From contig CM052817.1 in the NCBI GenBank assembly GCA_028534125.1, forward strand, positions 9,116,001-9,180,000: DNA of 64,000 bases, given 5' to 3'. Under the pieces are notes generated by a model. The model did not search any database. It saw only the letters and a list, made by a program, of their open reading frames with translations, and was not told where the DNA came from. The stretch is from Lama glama. Lineage: Eukaryota. Positions within the stretch are counted from its first letter, which is position 1, and every line of letters begins with the position of its first letter. Shown here piece after piece: positions 22,061-33,719 of the stretch. A program made the translations under genes and the position numbers.

Positions 22061-22699
22061 CCCTCTACAGGGCCCCTACTCTTAGCTGCTAATCGCAGCC
22101 AAGATGCTGTTCTGCCTCTGGACACAGACTTGGCATCCCCCCGGTGCCCTCTCGGCCCCAGGAGGGCACAATGGCAGCCGCAGCCCTGTCCTCTGTGATT
22201 GGCCTTGGCTGACCTTCATGAGTTTGGCCACTCCCAGGACAAAGGGCAGAGACCAGGGAGAAGAATGAGAAGGGATCTCTGTTCTAGAAGCACCTATTAC
22301 CTCTGGGTCTCAGCAAGGTCTCTGAACACCCAGCATCTCCTCCACACTGCAGTGCCTCTGCTCAAGTCACCCACAGATGACAAGCTACCGTCCTTAGGGG
22401 GATGGGAGACAACTGCCCCAGATGCGCACCTACCATGTATAGGACGTTGCTCGGGAGTTTTCCCTGAGTTGTCCCCTTCAGTGGGTGCAGTGTGGGTGAA
22501 GATCTTCATGCATTCGTTCTCTTAACCCTAGTTAAGCACCATCTATGTTCTAGTCACTGAATAAAGATAAATATAAATAAGACGCATTCCTTCCCTTCAA
22601 GTGATGCTCAGAGAAGGTGGGTGACATGTCAAAGTGACCCCACGGGGAAGGGCTGCAGCAGGGGCGGGAAAGCACTGTCTCCCCAGCCTGAACTCATCA

Positions 22700-22876
22700 C
22701 TTTTTCCAACCCCAATGAACTTCTGAGACCAGCCGCCCTCATTATCTGGGGAATCTGTTAATAATTCAGAGATTATGAGTCAGTAGGTCTGCGAGAGTCC
22801 CAGTCATCTGCATTTTTACAATCACACCATGGGATTCTGATTCAAGCAAACATCAGATCACACTCTGAAGATCATG
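22700..22876 (+). mobile_element. MER5-family element
   Basis: tatctggggaatctgttaataa...tgagtcagtaggtctg...atctgcatttttacaa...gattctgat...cacactctgaag. Confidence 0.7.
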
Positions 22877-23289
22877 ACTTCATATCAACTATAGACCTCA
22901 GACAGGAGAACTGTCTATTGGAAGGTCTCCCTGGAAACCTGCTGGGCACTGAGAGAGAGGCACCCTCCCACTTTGGAGACACTGAGTTGACTGACAAGAA
23001 GAGGTATTGTGTGCAACCAAACTTGGAAGCACTATAGCAAGGGTTACATCTGAGGCCAGGAATGCAGCCATGCTAGAAAGCTGCAGGGCTAGCGGGGTGT
23101 GGGGGGTCAGGCAGCCCACAGGTACCACCACTGTGCCACTCACGTCACATCATGTTATTACAATCGGTGTTCCTTTGTGTCAATGACCTGCTGATTATCG
23201 CTTTATGGTTCTGGACTGTGTTGAGTCAAGTCAACCAGGCTGAAATCTGTGAAGTGGAGGAGTGGGGAGCAGGGCACAGGGAGGCAGAG

Positions 23290-24380
23290 ACACTGGGGAG
23301 GTGATTACAGAGATGATAAAGAGACCCTGCAAGGTACAATTAAAGCTAAGACCTAAAAGACAAGAAGGAATCAACCACAGAAAGATCCAAGAGAAAAATA
23401 TTCTAGAAAGAGAAATAAAAAATCTGAAGTCCCCTCTAAAGAGAGAATATGCATGGCTTGTTGGAGGAACAGAAAGCGGGCCAGCGAGTGGCTGAAGAAA
23501 GTAGGAACAGGGAGGCCTAAGAGGCGGTCAAAGACTGAAACTGACCCCGTAAACCAGGGTGAGCAGTTTGGATTTTCTTTGGAGCATTTTAAACAAACTA
23601 GTTGACATGATCTTATTAACGTTTATTTTTAAAATTTCTGCTTCTTGTGCAGTTAGTAGGCTGAGAGGGACAAGAACGGGACAGAGAGAGCAGATAAAAC
23701 TGCTGACATATTCCAGGCAAGAACGAGGACGGCCTGGGAGGAGGATGGTGGTTGGGGGCAGAGTGACCGCGGCAGACTGGGAGACGTTTCGGAGGCAGAA
23801 GTGACAGGAATCCCTGCTGTCTTAGACGAGGGGTGGTGAGGGAAGGAAAGAGAATCTGTCTCACTGGCAAGGGTGACTGGATGCACAGCAGTGCTTTGTG
23901 CTGAGATGGGAGGACTGGCAAGTGAATGAGGCTATACTGGGGGGAGGTAGAGGTACTATGGAAATCGAGTTCTTTTTTGAATGTGTGATGTTTAAGGTGC
24001 GTTTTAGATATCTACATGGAGATGGCAGGTAGAAGATGGTTATAGAGTTAGTTTTCCCTTTGTGACTAGGGACATAAACTTGAGTGTCATTAGCCTGTAG
24101 ATGATATTTGAAGATATGGGACTGGATGTGATTATCGAGAGTGAGCCAGAAAGGAGATTCAAGGCCAATGTGAGGGGCTTACAACATATTAAGATAGAGA
24201 AGAAGAGGAGAACGCTGAGGAGCAATGGTTTGTGAGAGAGGTGTGGCTTTAGGGAGGCCAAAGCAGGGGTAAGGGCAGGAGCTGGGATGTATCTTAAGAC
24301 AAAAAAAATGGCCAACTCTGTCTAATTCTGCAGAGAGGGCTACTAACCTGAAGACTGAGAAATAACCATTGGATTTACAT
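23290..24380 (-). mobile_element. L2a LINE, about 1.1 kb
   Basis: gctaagacctaaaagacaagaagga...gagttcttttttgaatgtgtgatgtttaaggtgc...gacataaacttgagtgtcattagcctgtagatgatatttgaag...gactgagaaataaccattggattta. Confidence 0.85.
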
Positions 24381-25734
24381 CCCCAGCTCCTGGGGTCACA
24401 ACTGGCACACAGTAGATGCTGCACTAATTAACTGATGACAAGTACAGAATGTGTTTGGCTGCCAGGGTACCACTCCTCAACCTCCTTCCTCCTGCCTCTC
24501 TGACAGACATTGATTACAGCTTTTTTTGTTTTTTGTTTTTTTAATCCAGACTCAGCCCTGGAATCTTTCAGCTCTAGGCAAGCTCTGTCAAGTAATTGGA
24601 GTCATCCTGAGAATTTAAGCTTATTTGCTGTTCCCAGTATAGAATAAAGAGTCTGGACAGGACTTTGTATCAGCGTTATTGAACAATGGAGCCTCATTTG
24701 GGCGGCTTCAGGAGGAACCACAAGCTACCTATCTGCCAAGGGCACTGCAGAAGAACTCCTGATGAGGTGGGGACTGAACCAGGTGACCGCTAAGTCCCCT
24801 TGAAGAGTCCACAGTTCAGATGGCGGGCTTCTCGCTACCCCAGGCATGCAGCCACTCAAAGCCAGAAGAGAAAAATCCAACCCAGCCTAGGTGAGTACGT
24901 GTGAACCAAATCTTTCTTAAAACTTCCTCCTATGCATTTCTTTCCCCTCTTATCTTTACTGGCCTCCTGAAACGCCTTATCTGCAAAGGCAGGATTCTGT
25001 TCTAAATCTCTGTCTCTGAGCACAATGACCATTTCTGCTCCCTCTACAAGGTAAAAATGAAACATCGCTGGATGCCAGACATTAACGTAACTTATCCACT
25101 CAGCCACAGGCAGACTGGCTTCATCTCCGAATGATGTACTCTCCCACGTGAAATAAAAGCAGACAGTTTTATTCTTCAGTCCAACGCACTCAGCACTATG
25201 GAGAGACATCTGCCGCAGACAAATCTTGGGTCTTTGGAGCCTTAACACTTTCAAATTTATTCCTCTCCACCACCTGGAGGCTCCTGAGTCCATTTGCGGA
25301 CTTTTCCACCTAATGCTGCCTTGCAAGCTAATGAGCAGTTGGTTCATAGACATGCAAGCTGTAGTTCTGCTATTAAAGTTCCTCCCGCTGTACGGCAGTG
25401 GGAAGGGCAGAGAATTAACCATCAGGAGGCTCTCGGTGCCCTCCATCCCTTCTCACCTTTCGTAACTGCTTCAACAAACACTGACCAGTGCCAGATTCTA
25501 TGCTGCTTTCTAAAATCAGAACTTAGAGGCACAGCAAGGAATAAGATACAGTCTCTTTGCCCACCTGGGACTCAGGAATGGGCTCCGGAAGTTCTCTGTA
25601 TCCCTCTGAAGTGACAGGCAAAATGTTGTGTGTATGTGCACATCTGTGGGTCTGTCTCTACTGAGTGACCTGTAATTATCACTGGATTCTGAATCCAAAA
25701 AGATCAGCGATTAATTGGAATCCATAGGCAGCTT

Positions 25735-26450
25735 TGACAGCTCCCTGTCCTTCATCCCCAGTCACATACAAACCAATCACCCAGGCTCATCAGTTTTTCC
25801 CTAAATTGCTGTAGATCTAGCCCCTTCTCTCCATGCCCCCACCCTGCTCCAAGCTGCCCTTATCTCAGTGGGTGACTGAAAATAGCCTCCTCGGTGTCCC
25901 CGTGGAATCCTTTCCCTTCTCCGGTCTGCTCTCCAGAGGCCAGCACCCATTTTCTGATCTCTAATCTGATCATTTCAATCCTTTGTTTAGAGCCTTTTAA
26001 TGACTTCCCACTGAATGCCAAAGACAAGTGATTAACTTCCACATGATCACTAGCAATCACAACAGCATCGCTCCCTACTATTCTCTCACTCCGTGAACTC
26101 CAGCCTCACCAAAGTTCTTTCACACCTTCCCATCTCCATCCGCTCTCCTGCCGGGAGACCTGTGTGCATTCTGTAATCTCCACCGGAGATCATAATTATC
26201 ACTTCTCCTGGCCACTTCCCCTAACCTCTCGACCAGGTCAAGCACCCTATTGTGAAACCTCATGGCTCCATGAACTTCTTCATCAGCTCTGTGCAAGCCA
26301 GCATTACGCAGGCTTTGTATAACCCATTGATTAATTTCTGTCCGTCAGCAAACCTGACTATTGGCCATTGTATCCCCAGTGCTGCGCAGAATGCTGGGCA
26401 CAGGGGAGGCGAGGGCGTGATTAACACCCATTGAATGGACGAGTGAGTGA
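25735..26450 (+). mobile_element. L2 LINE 3' region
   Basis: aatagcctcctc...tctaatctgatcatttcaatcctttgttt...ttgtatccccagtgct...ttgaatggacgagtgagtga. Confidence 0.8.
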
Positions 26451-26849
26451 TCAAGTGGGTGCATAAATAAGCAGTGTGGCAGATGCTACAAGACAGCACG
26501 AAGTCCTGCTGGGCACAAGAGAGGGGGAGTCTCCCCAGCAGGTCGGGGGGCAGACCTGTGTCTCCTTCACCTTCAGTGTCCAGTCCAGGCTTATCACGTA
26601 GTGCAGGTGAGCAGCGTGCGTGGACTGAGCCTACGAAGCAGTGGAGTAGTAGCCGACTCTGCCTGGGAGAGTGGGCAGGGGCTTCCGGAGAAATCAGCAT
26701 GGGCATCAGTCACGAAGGGAAACTGAGAGTACCAGGGGAAAGGGAGAGGGCAGTAGGCAAAGGGCACTTCCAACAGAAGGAACAAGTACAAGCCATGAAG
26801 CCACAGAAACGGTAGTAAACGTTCTGCGGAGGGGAAGGAGGGTGAGGGC

Positions 26850-27200
26850 AGAGATGTGGAGATGTGCTCCCGATTCTCCTTCTGGGAGGGAGGGACCCCT
26901 TGCCCAGCTGCTGGCTGTGCTGAGGACAGACACCTGCCATTGGCAGCTCCTGAGTGGGGGCTTCTGCTGCAGAGAGCCTCCTGGCCCAAGGTCACCCATT
27001 CCAGGAGCACTGGCGGAGATGCGGGTGCAAAGGCTGGCCATGCTGTGGCCCCCCAGCAGGGGACCATTCTGCAGCGCTTTATCTCCAGTGCTCCCAGTGG
27101 GGCTGGCAGAGGTCGCCATCATCACAGCTTCCCTGCTGCCTCTGCCCACCCTCCCACAGGTGTTGGTCTCCCTTCAGCACTAACCTCTGCATCAGGGTCA
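26850..27200 (+). mobile_element. LTR16A-like ERVL solo LTR, inside an antisense L2
   Basis: ttgcccagctgctgg...gctgcagagagcctcctggcccaaggtcac...ctccagtgctcccagtggggctggcagagg...cccacaggtgttg. Confidence 0.75.
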
Positions 27201-27610
27201 GTCTGTGAGAGGCTTCAAGGATGGGTTTACACAGGAGAACCAACTAGGAAGTGAGTTTGGAGCTAGATGGTGAAGCGCTCCAAAGCTGTGCCAAGAGCTG
27301 ACAACTTTTTCTGTAAGCAGTGAGAAGCCAGCGAGGCCTTTCAAGCAGAAGGTGCTGAGGTTACAGTCCTGTATTGAAAGACCTCTCCACCTGCTGCGTG
27401 ATGACAGAGGCTTGGCAGGAGGCCACTGGAGCAGTCCAGGAAGGAGAAAAGTGGGGTCCAAGCTGGAGAGGTGGTGGGTCATGGTGAGGAAGCATGGGGT
27501 TGGGAAATTTAGGAGGGAAAATCAATAGCCCCTTATGACACGCTGACTGTGGGTCAGAGTAAGGGACGAGTGAGCAATGACGCTGAGGGTGTATGTTAAC
27601 TCCAGGCACA
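27200..27610 (-). mobile_element. L2 fragment
   Basis: tgtaagcagtgagaagccagcgaggcctttcaagcagaagg...tttaggagggaaaatcaatagccc. Confidence 0.7.
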
Positions 27611-27634
27611 GTGGGGGAACACAGCTAACGTGGG

Positions 27635-27898
27635 GTATTAAGTAGCATCTATAGTTAACAACGCTGTATTATGTGCTTAAAATTTTACTAAGAGGATAGA
27701 TCTTATGTTAAGCATTTTCATCACAAAAATAATAGTGACAATTAATCAATAGGGAAGTAGGAAACACTTTGGAGAGGATGGATTAGGGTGGTGATAGTTT
27801 CATGGGTGTACTCTTATCTCTAGACACATTCAGTTATGTATATTAAGTATGCGTAGCTTTTTGTAGGTCTATTATAACTCAGTACAGTGAGATTTAAA
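27635..27898 (+). mobile_element. L1MA/L1MB-type LINE-1 3' end
   Basis: ctatagttaacaacgctgtattatgtgcttaaaattttactaagaggatagatcttatgttaag...ggtgatagtttcatgggtgta. Confidence 0.85.
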
Positions 27899-27920
27899 TA
27901 TATATATATATATATATATA
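27899..27920. repeat. (TA)11 microsatellite at the L1 tail
   Basis: Directly visible. Confidence 0.95.
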
Positions 27921-28239
27921 GCAAACTCCTGGAAGAGGAGTTCTTTCTCCTAAGGCCTTTTCCAAGGCCCTCCCAGCTAGTGGAGAATGAAATGATAACT
28001 GGAATGTTGACAGCATTTAAATACATAATAAACTAGTAAAGTTTTATAGAAAAGAGCCATCATCAGATTTTTTATTTGTTATGATCTTAGGACTTCTTGT
28101 TTGATTATAATCAGACATTATGTTGCTAAAGAATATTCTTGTGTCAGAGAAATCTTCAAAGAAGAGACAGAGCAAAGGTGCGAATCTGCAGCACAGGAAG
28201 GCCAAGTCAGTGCTGAGTGAAGAACTTGGCGGGAGTACC

Positions 28240-28330
28240 ATTCACTCAGCAAATGCTTATTGAATATTTTCTATGTGCCAAGCACTGTGTTGGGGGCTGG
28301 GGATACAATGATGCATAAAACCCCACAGCC
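28240..28330 (-). mobile_element. L2 3' terminus
   Basis: cattcactcagcaaatgcttattgaatattttctatgtgccaagcactgtgttgggggctggggatacaatgatg. Confidence 0.85.
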
Positions 28331-28770
28331 ACCATGTCAGGAAGCAAGCACGTAACCCAGAAAATTCAACATAAGTAAATGATGCATTGCTGAGTCCAGC
28401 ACGGTCCGAGCACATCAGTTCAGTTCAAACATCCTCTTTTTGGCATTTGCTACTGTGTGTATTTTTGAACTAGAATTACTTTTCATGCATTTTTCTCTGA
28501 TTTTTCATAGTACAGTAGTAAGTGTAGACAGGCATACCGGTTCTGATCTGAACCCTTCCTAGTCTATGACCTTGAGCAAATTACACATCTTATCCAATGG
28601 GGACACTTATACCAATCTCCCTGGGTGCACTTGAAAACACACGAAGGTACTGTGTACAGTAGTTACTCCACTGCAGAGACATACCGTGTAAACACTTCTC
28701 TTGTGTGAATTCATCTGTACCAAATGGGGGTGCAAAGGAGTAGAGGGAAACAATCACTGAAAGATAGGAC

Positions 28771-28906
28771 CAGGACTGACTACATAACTTGTGGGACCCA
28801 GAGGAAAATAAAATTGAGAGGCCCTTGTTCAAAAACCACTAAGATTTTCAAGATGGTAACAGCAGAGCTTTGAGTCAAGTGCATCACTCTACAGGAAGCC
28901 ACCCTG
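28771..28906 (-). mobile_element. MER45A-like hAT-Tip100 element
   Basis: caggactgactacataacttgtgggacccag...gcccttgttcaaaa...ttcaagatggtaacagcagagc...ccctg; degenerate 8-bp TSD gataggac/gatacgcc. Confidence 0.8.
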
Positions 28907-29254
28907 GATACGCCTTTCCCATTCCTATTCTCTCAGTGGTTCTTGGTTTCCATGGACTTCTAATACGGTGAGCTTGCTGTTCTGTGATGAGTATAGATTC
29001 CAGTGAAAAAATATATGTCTGTTTACCTGTTTTGTGTTTACACTGGCCACTAACCAGAAGTAATCTATGAATCTACATAAAACCATGTAGTCTGCCCTTT
29101 GATTTAAGGGATTTTCAAGGGACGGTCTTATTTTATGTTTCCCTTTACACACTTTCTAAAACCTGCAGGAGATGATAGTCTGCAGCTGTCATTTCTCCTG
29201 GGACTTCTAGAATAGGAGCCAACCTTGAGCCAAGGTCTGGATGGCCTGCTTTCT

Positions 29255-29440
29255 ATACAGAACCTCATTCAACCCTCCAGCAACCCAGTAAGGGAGATGG
29301 TACCACTCTGATTGTCCAAAGGAAGAGAAAGCTGAGACCCGGAGCAGGGAACCGATTTGCTCAAATTACCCAGCAAATTAGTGGCAGCTCTGAGATTTCA
29401 GTTCGGGTCTTTGGACTCTAAGGTCCATGTTCTCTCAATG
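29255..29440 (-). mobile_element. MIR SINE
   Basis: ctcattcaaccctccagcaaccc...gctgagaccc...ttagtggcagctctgagatttcagttcgggtctttggactctaagg. Confidence 0.75.
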
Positions 29441-29679
29441 ATGTCTCAATAAATGTTTGCTCCTTCCAGCTCTCTTTTTTTTTTCTTTAACAAATCTTGC
29501 CCCAACCCTTTGAAGTGTAGAATTGTTTGATGAACAGGAAATACACTTTTTTGCATCCTCATAGAAGAGACTGGTTCAGAACTTCAGTTCAAGCATGTAA
29601 GGGGGGAGGTGGAGCCACAGGAGAGCTTGAGAGTCTAACTTGTACCTCTGGAGCTCTGATTGTCTGATGGTAAAAACTC

Positions 29680-29870
29680 AGGGCTGACGTCACTAACCTT
29701 GAGCCACCCAAATGCGGGCCCATGTGGAGAGAATGTTATTAAGAGGAACGATAATAAAGGTCACTTTAGAATGAGTGATGGATGTAATTAACGTTATTGA
29801 CAATGAAAAATCTCAGTCGCTGAGAGACAAATGAGTCAACAGTGGGCTTCATGTTGAAACCACATGCCGC
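29680..29870. promoter_or_regulatory. Candidate enhancer (CRE, PBX-HOX, AP-1, RUNX)
   Basis: TGACGTCA 29685, TGATGGAT 29776, TAATTA 29785, TGAGTCA 29832, AACCACA 29858. Confidence 0.45.
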
Positions 29871-30075
29871 CTATTGCTGCTCAAACACTTAACCCCCAAA
29901 AAAGGCAATTTCTTGATCAACGCATATAAAATTTTGAGTTGATAACACCATGTAACAAGTAGGATAAAAGCAAGCTGTGTGTCATATTTTCAGAGCCCGT
30001 ATGTGCACACACCCGCACAGATTTATATGCATAATTCTGGGCTTGTCACTCCCCTCTAAGAGTTTTTGTCTTCTC

Positions 30076-30468
30076 CATATGCATACCTGTGAATCCATTA
30101 CCACAATCATGATAATAAACATCCATCACCCCCAAGTTTCCTCCCGCCCGTCCCTGTTCCCAGGCAGTCACCGACCCACCTTCTGTCACTATGTATCACT
30201 ACATATATCACATCAGTTTGCATTTTCTAGAATTTTATATAAATAGAACCAGTGAGTGAGCATGTACCTTTTTTCTGGCCTGGTTTCCTTCACTCGGCAT
30301 GATTATTCTGAGACTTACCCATGTTGTAGCTACCACCTGGCACTTTGCATGTGCAGCACGTCCACTGTATGGACATAACACAGTTTCTCTCTCGACCTGT
30401 TGATAGACATTTAGGTTGTTTCCAGCATTTGATTATAACAAATAAAGCTGCTATGAACATTCATGTAC
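30076..30468 (-). mobile_element. Old L1M (L1MB/MC-type) 3' UTR fragment flanked by a 15-bp direct repeat
   Basis: agtttgcattttctagaattttatataaat...cctgttgatagacatttaggttgtttccag...aataaagctgctatgaacattcatgtaca; agtttttgtcttctc at 30061-30075 and 30476-30490. Confidence 0.88.
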
Positions 30469-31359
30469 AAAAAAAAGTTTTTGTCTTCTCTTAGCATTAA
30501 GGCCTTTTGTAACTCAACCCCAGTTTCCCTCCCTATGATGGCCCTCCCTGGTCCCTTCACTAATATCCAAATTCTGATTGTCATTTCAGAAGCAGCTTTA
30601 CCTAGACCCGAAGCCTGCCTTGGTCTCCGAGTCAGAAAGGCAGATCGTAAAAGGGCATGACCTGTTTGCAGAAGAGTGAGAAGTTTAATGTGTTCCCCAG
30701 CTTTAGACCAGAATGCCCTTCGGCCACCTCGCCATCTGGCCTGAATGCCAGCTCCATGTTGCGTTAAGCACTCCTTTCTCCAAGAGTCATCAGCGCTTAG
30801 TTCATGCATCTGGCATAGGGCTCCGCACAGTGCACTGCACTGCATAGATTCCATCTTCCTCTTATGCTCAGAAAATATCTGATATATGACAGAATGGACA
30901 CGTGGGAGCACCTTCCCCACAGAATCATGGGACTCGTGAGAGTAGCATCCTTATATTGCTCATTTGTGCCCTTCCTTCTGTGCTTGGCGTATCGTTTTGA
31001 ACAGAATAGGTGCTCCGTAATACAAAAGAGACACACTAGCATCCATCCGATTGTTATGAATGATCATGCATTTGTCACATTCTACATGTCATTTGGTGCC
31101 TCTTGAAAACAGAGACAAACTGACTATCTGATAACACAGAGATCTTACCAGACGCAGGAGGAGTGCGAGGAAAAATATCTGCTGGACTAACACAGATGTT
31201 ACTGTGTCAAAATACTCAAAAGTTAAACACTGCGTAGGCTGTGTAACTGATAGAACAGCGACTGTGAAAGGGCAGCTCAACACCTGTGCAAAAAGAATCA
31301 TCCAGCCCATTCTGGTGAAGTAGAGTCATTAGTCTTGACCCGAGAAACTTAATGCTGAT

Positions 31360-31630
31360 GGCAATAATAGCTACTGCCTTTTAGGGATTTACCAGGTGCC
31401 AAATGTTGCTAAACTCTTTAGAATATTAGCATCTCAAATCCTCTCAACAGCCCTGTGAGGAAAGAACCATCATCATCATCATCATCATCATTATTATTAT
31501 TATTCCCTTCCATGTCCCGATTTGGAGATGGAGTTTCAGAGAGGTACAATAATTTGCCCAAAGCTGCAGAGCTGGTAGGTAAAAGAGTCAGATTCAAATC
31601 CAGGGCTGCTGCTCTCAAAGCCCAAGCTTG
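31360..31630 (-). mobile_element. MIR SINE containing a (CAT)n(TAT)n expansion (about 31468-31504)
   Basis: aaatcctctcaacagccctgtgagg...tttgcccaaagctgcagagctggtagg...gattcaaatccagg. Confidence 0.85.
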
Positions 31631-31864
31631 CACTAAGCTAGTCTGTTCCGTAGGTAAAATAAGAACGTCGGGTGATGCTTTTAATTGAATTGAAGAGCGG
31701 ATCGTCTATTACATAGACTCCAGTCTCCTCGTTTTACAAATAACAAAACTGAGCTCCAGAGAGGTGAAAAAAAATGCAGGGTCTTAGAATCCCATGACTG
31801 AAATGGACTGAAAAATTCACTCAAATACCCTTACATTCCAGCTGCTGTCTTAACATTTGCTTTT

Positions 31865-32159
31865 ATTTTTAGCAGCTTTATTGAGATATGATTCACAAAC
31901 CATATAACTTAGCCATTTAAAGTTACAATTCAGTGGATTTTAAAATAGTCACAGAGTTGTGTGACAATCACCACAGCCAAGTTTTAGAACGTTTTCATCA
32001 CCCCCAAAAGAAACCCATTAGCAGCAGTCCACGTCCCACCCCAGCCCTAGTCTTAGGTGACTGCAAATTTGTCTCTATGGATTTGCCTATTTGCATCACT
32101 TCATATAAATGCAACCATACAGTTTGTGGTCTTATGTGACTGACTTCTTTTACTTGGCA
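31865..32159 (-). mobile_element. L1MB-type LINE-1 3' end with 14-bp TSD
   Basis: cagctttattgagatatgattcaca...ttttagaacgttttcatcacccccaaaagaaaccc...gtctctatggatttgcctatt; taacatttgctttt 31851-31864 / taacatctgctttt 32160-32173. Confidence 0.9.
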
Positions 32160-32339
32160 TAACATCTGCTTTTGATATCTTGAAGTCACCTCAGATTCGT
32201 ATGTGGCAGCAAATTAGTGGCAGCAACAGGGAATGGCAGAGGGAGAGATCATTTTTTCATTCACTCTTCACTAGCCCCCCTGCCCCACAAGCTACCCCCA
32301 AATGAACAGCATCTAAGTTAGGAGAGCATGCTTGATACT

Positions 32340-32766
32340 TGTGATGTGTTGAACTGTGCTCCCCCCTCAAAGCACATGTGTTGGAGTCCCAAACCCCAGG
32401 ACCTCAGAAAGTGAGCTCATCTGGAGATAGGGTCTTCACTGAGGTAACACAATTAAAATGAAGGCTTTAGAAGGGGCTCTAGTCCAGTATAACTGGTGTC
32501 CTCATAAGGAGGGGAAATTTGAACGCGGACACACACAGGGCGAATGATGCAGGAAGACTGAAGTTATGACATCACAAGCCAAAGAGCTCCCAGAAGCTGG
32601 GAGAAGGGCCTGGAGATTTTCCCTCAGAGCCCTCAGAATGAACCAGCCCTGCTGACACCTTGATTTTTGAACTTCTAGCCTCCGGAACTGTAAGATAATC
32701 AACTTCTGTTATTTAAACCACCCAGTTTGTGGTACTTTGTTAGAGCAGTGCTAGTAAACTAATATA
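32340..32766 (+). mobile_element. MLT1B/C-like MaLR solo LTR (full length)
   Basis: tgtgatgtgttgaactgtg...ggagatagggtctt...ccctgctgacaccttgatt...cttctagcctccggaactgtaaga...ccacccagtttgtggtactttgtt...aactaata. Confidence 0.92.
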
Positions 32767-32979
32767 ATATGTAAACACAGCTTCTGTCCAAGTCTCCTCA
32801 TCAAGTCCTCCACCCCAGCCAAAGTCTGAAAATCACCATCTCTCTAAAATTAAACCCGTGAGATTTTCACCCAGTCCAGGCCTCCTTCTAAAGCTCCCTA
32901 TCTTAGGCAATGGCACTACTATCCAAACAATTGTGCAAGTCAGAATTCTACAAGTCACCACTGACTCCGCACCCTCTGA

Positions 32980-33010
<31 letters not shown>

Positions 33011-33039
33011 ACATGTACACACAGAGCTCTAGGCAAAGA

Positions 33040-33270
33040 GTTTTATAAAAGGATTCTAACAAGACTTTGAAGACAAACAACGCCAAGACTGTTTAAAATA
33101 TTCTCGATCAATAAAACTGAAACTTGCAAATTCTTTTATGAAATCAGCAAATTATTATCATTACCTAAAAAAAAGAAAAGAATATCACAGAATCTCAGCA
33201 AAGATTATCCATACAAATATACAACGAATAATCTATTTTGAGCAAGTATAAATTTGTTCAGGAATGCAGG
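33040..33270 (+). mobile_element. Decayed L1M ORF2 fragment
   Basis: caaattcttttatgaaatcagca...tacctaaa...caagtataaatttgttcaggaatgcagg resembles L1 RT-region DNA; no intact frame. Confidence 0.5.
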
Positions 33271-33719
33271 TCTACTTCCTCTCAATCTACTGGCCCAGAA
33301 TGTTATTATACAAGAAAATCAGGCCAATATGACTTGCCTGTTAAAACCCTGTATTGCATATCGCTCTGTAACCTAATTTATTCTCAGTATTTCTAAATGG
33401 TTGTTTCATGGTTTTATCAGGAATCTTTATAAGTCATTTTTGGCTCTGGACACCATGTTTTTCCCTTTTTAAAATACACTAATGGTGTTGCCAAAACTTA
33501 AGCTATTGAAATGTCTATCTACACAGAGCCTTTTGCCAACATAGGTGCAGAAGAGACCCTCACTGCCAACATTTAATGGAGGTGGCCAGTTACATAACAG
33601 TCAAAAACAAACTTTCCTGCATATGACTTTGAATTTTAAAGCCAAAAATCCACTTACTGGGAAAAAATTTCCTGGAAAAAATTCCTTAGATCTGAAATCC
33701 AAACCAACTCAATGTCACT

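Noticed and set aside
24856..25446. 196-aa minus-strand ORF as a gene
   Set aside because: No recognisable homology, domain or gene structure; kept only as part of a unique-sequence island.
26260..27254. Many overlapping ORFs of 110-170 aa on both strands
   Set aside because: GC-rich L2 and LTR16A-like sequence is stop-poor; no recognisable domain.
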